DNA of 44,845 nucleotides from Candidatus Peregrinibacteria bacterium (GTDB lineage Bacteria; Patescibacteriota; Gracilibacteria; Peribacterales; Peribacteraceae): NCBI GenBank assembly GCA_016196295.1, contig JACPYA010000076.1, positions 1 to 44,845 of the forward strand, read 5' to 3'. Shown piece by piece: positions 43,781 to 44,845 of this stretch (position 1 is its first letter; each line of letters starts with the position of its first letter). The notes under the pieces were generated by a model. It saw only the letters and a program-made list of their open reading frames with translations, ran no database searches and was not told where the DNA came from. The position numbers and the translations under genes were made by a program.

Positions 43781-44845
43781 ATGAAGAGGCAAGAATCTCC
43801 CACAGAAGTGCTTCGCAAAAGGATTGCCGAGGTTCCGACCGACCCCGGCATTTACCGCTGGCTGAGTAAGGAGGGGGAAGTGCTCTACGTCGGGAAGGCC
43901 AAGAGCCTCCGGAACCGTGTGCGCAGTTACCTGAATGGAAACGGCAAGGCACAGGGGCCCTGGAAGGAGTCCCTTATCAAGCAGATCGCGGACTTCGACG
44001 TGACCGTCACAACCAGCGAGCTCGAGGCGCTCGTGCTCGAGACCAATCTGATCAAGAAGCTGCGACCCAAGTACAACGTTCTCATGAAGGACGACAAAAA
44101 TTACGTCTACGTCCGGATCACCGTCTATGAAGATTTTCCTCGGATCGAGGTCGTGCGGCGGATCGTGGAGGATGGAGCCAGATACTTTGGACCGTATCTG
44201 AGTGCGTACGACACGCATCGAACGCTGGAAGTTCTTCATCAGATCTACGGCTTCAAAGCGTGCAAGGCATCGCTGGATTTCAAAAATGGCATCACCAAGG
44301 TGGAGCCGCGCGAGTGTCTGGAGCATCAGATCGGCCGCTGCAACGGACTCTGCGTGAACGCGGTCACACAGGAGCAGCATGAAGCTGCGATCGATCAGGT
44401 CATGTCGTTCTTCAAGGGCCATCGCGATCCTGCCATCGCACGCTTGAAGGAGATCATGCGGGAGGTGGCGGCCGCGAAGAAGTTTGAGAAAGCGGGGGAG
44501 CTGCGTGATTCCTTGAAGTTGTTTGAGCATTATCAAGTGGGACAACTCGTTTCGGATCCTTCCGGCGACAATACCGACGTCGTCGGCGTCGCACTCCTCT
44601 CCGGGAGAGCCTCGGTCGTTGTGATGCAACAACGCGGTGGGAAAGTCGCGGGTGAGCAGCAAGTGAATCTCTCCGGTCAGGCGGAAACCATCTGCGACGT
44701 GCTCGAACAATTTCTTCCCCAGTACTACGAAGCGATTACCGATCTGCCCGATACGATCCTCGTTGCGGAGGACTTCGATGAGCGCGAACTCCTGAGCGCC
44801 TACCTGACTCTCCAAAAGGAGAAGAAGGTGACGGTCGCGGTGCCC
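43781..44845 (+). CDS. uvrC: Excinuclease ABC subunit C (partial, runs off the right edge)
   Basis: Not in the ORF track. Manual translation: PTDPGIYRW..VLYVGKAKSLRNRVRSY, EALVLETNLIKKLRPKYNVLMKDDK, FGPY, CLEHQIGRC..LC, FEKAGELRD. Confidence 0.95.
   Translation, partial: MKRQESPTEVLRKRIAEVPTDPGIYRWLSKEGEVLYVGKAKSLRNRVRSYLNGNGKAQGPWKESLIKQIADFDVTVTTSELEALVLETNLIKKLRPKYNVLMKDDKNYVYVRITVYEDFPRIEVVRRIVEDGARYFGPYLSAYDTHRTLEVLHQIYGFKACKASLDFKNGITKVEPRECLEHQIGRCNGLCVNAVTQEQHEAAIDQVMSFFKGHRDPAIARLKEIMREVAAAKKFEKAGELRDSLKLFEHYQVGQLVSDPSGDNTDVVGVALLSGRASVVVMQQRGGKVAGEQQVNLSGQAETICDVLEQFLPQYYEAITDLPDTILVAEDFDERELLSAYLTLQKEKKVTVAVP

Noticed and set aside
40873-44815. Long antisense ORFs (683 aa and 353 aa; similar ones lie opposite rtcB, proS and cfa)
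   Set aside because: Shadow ORFs of GC-rich genes with no recognisable motifs
1-44845. Alternative genetic code (TGA=Gly, as in Gracilibacteria)
   Set aside because: Conserved genes are full length under code 11 and several end at TGA with ATGA overlaps

Overview
A mostly GC-rich bacterial chromosomal window using the standard code (TGA is a stop). The gene set points to a Patescibacteria/CPR organism, probably Peregrinibacteria/Peribacteria; this is inferred from the archaeal-type ProRS, K+-independent H+-PPase, Ser-rich secreted protein, giant orphan membrane protein and lack of Shine-Dalgarno sites. Left to right: (1) a truncated AT-rich DNA adenine methyltransferase; (2) a partly decaying metal/redox cluster (DsrE and DUF305 remnants, SHOCT, DUF302, FNR, SDR, rhodanese, two flavodoxins, DUF2933, ArsP-type permease); (3) a stress cluster (Hsp20, GlsB/YeaQ, small orphans); (4) an old IS1595-like element with decayed TIRs but an intact, divergent ORF; (5) rtcB-archease, gpmA, hydrolase, PRTase and a cupredoxin; (6) a eukaryote-like PRMT homologue convergent with cfa; (7) housekeeping and membrane genes including proS; (8) a three-gene orphan cluster with a 1390-aa membrane protein; (9) hpf, a PKD-like/7TM protein and an ATP-grasp ligase / degenerate retropepsin / QEGLA (DUF1704, MATCAP-like) peptidase fusion; (10) DUF3048, rplY, GT2, hppA, arsR and partial uvrC. 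The best candidate for a new system is the 7TM plus ligase-peptidase 'writer-eraser' fusion. Intergenic DNA carries several REP-like palindrome families (some nested) and inverted 7-9-mer micro-repeat elements, and many genes look leaderless. No rRNA, tRNA or CRISPR array was found. All family calls are from motif recognition by eye, not database searches.
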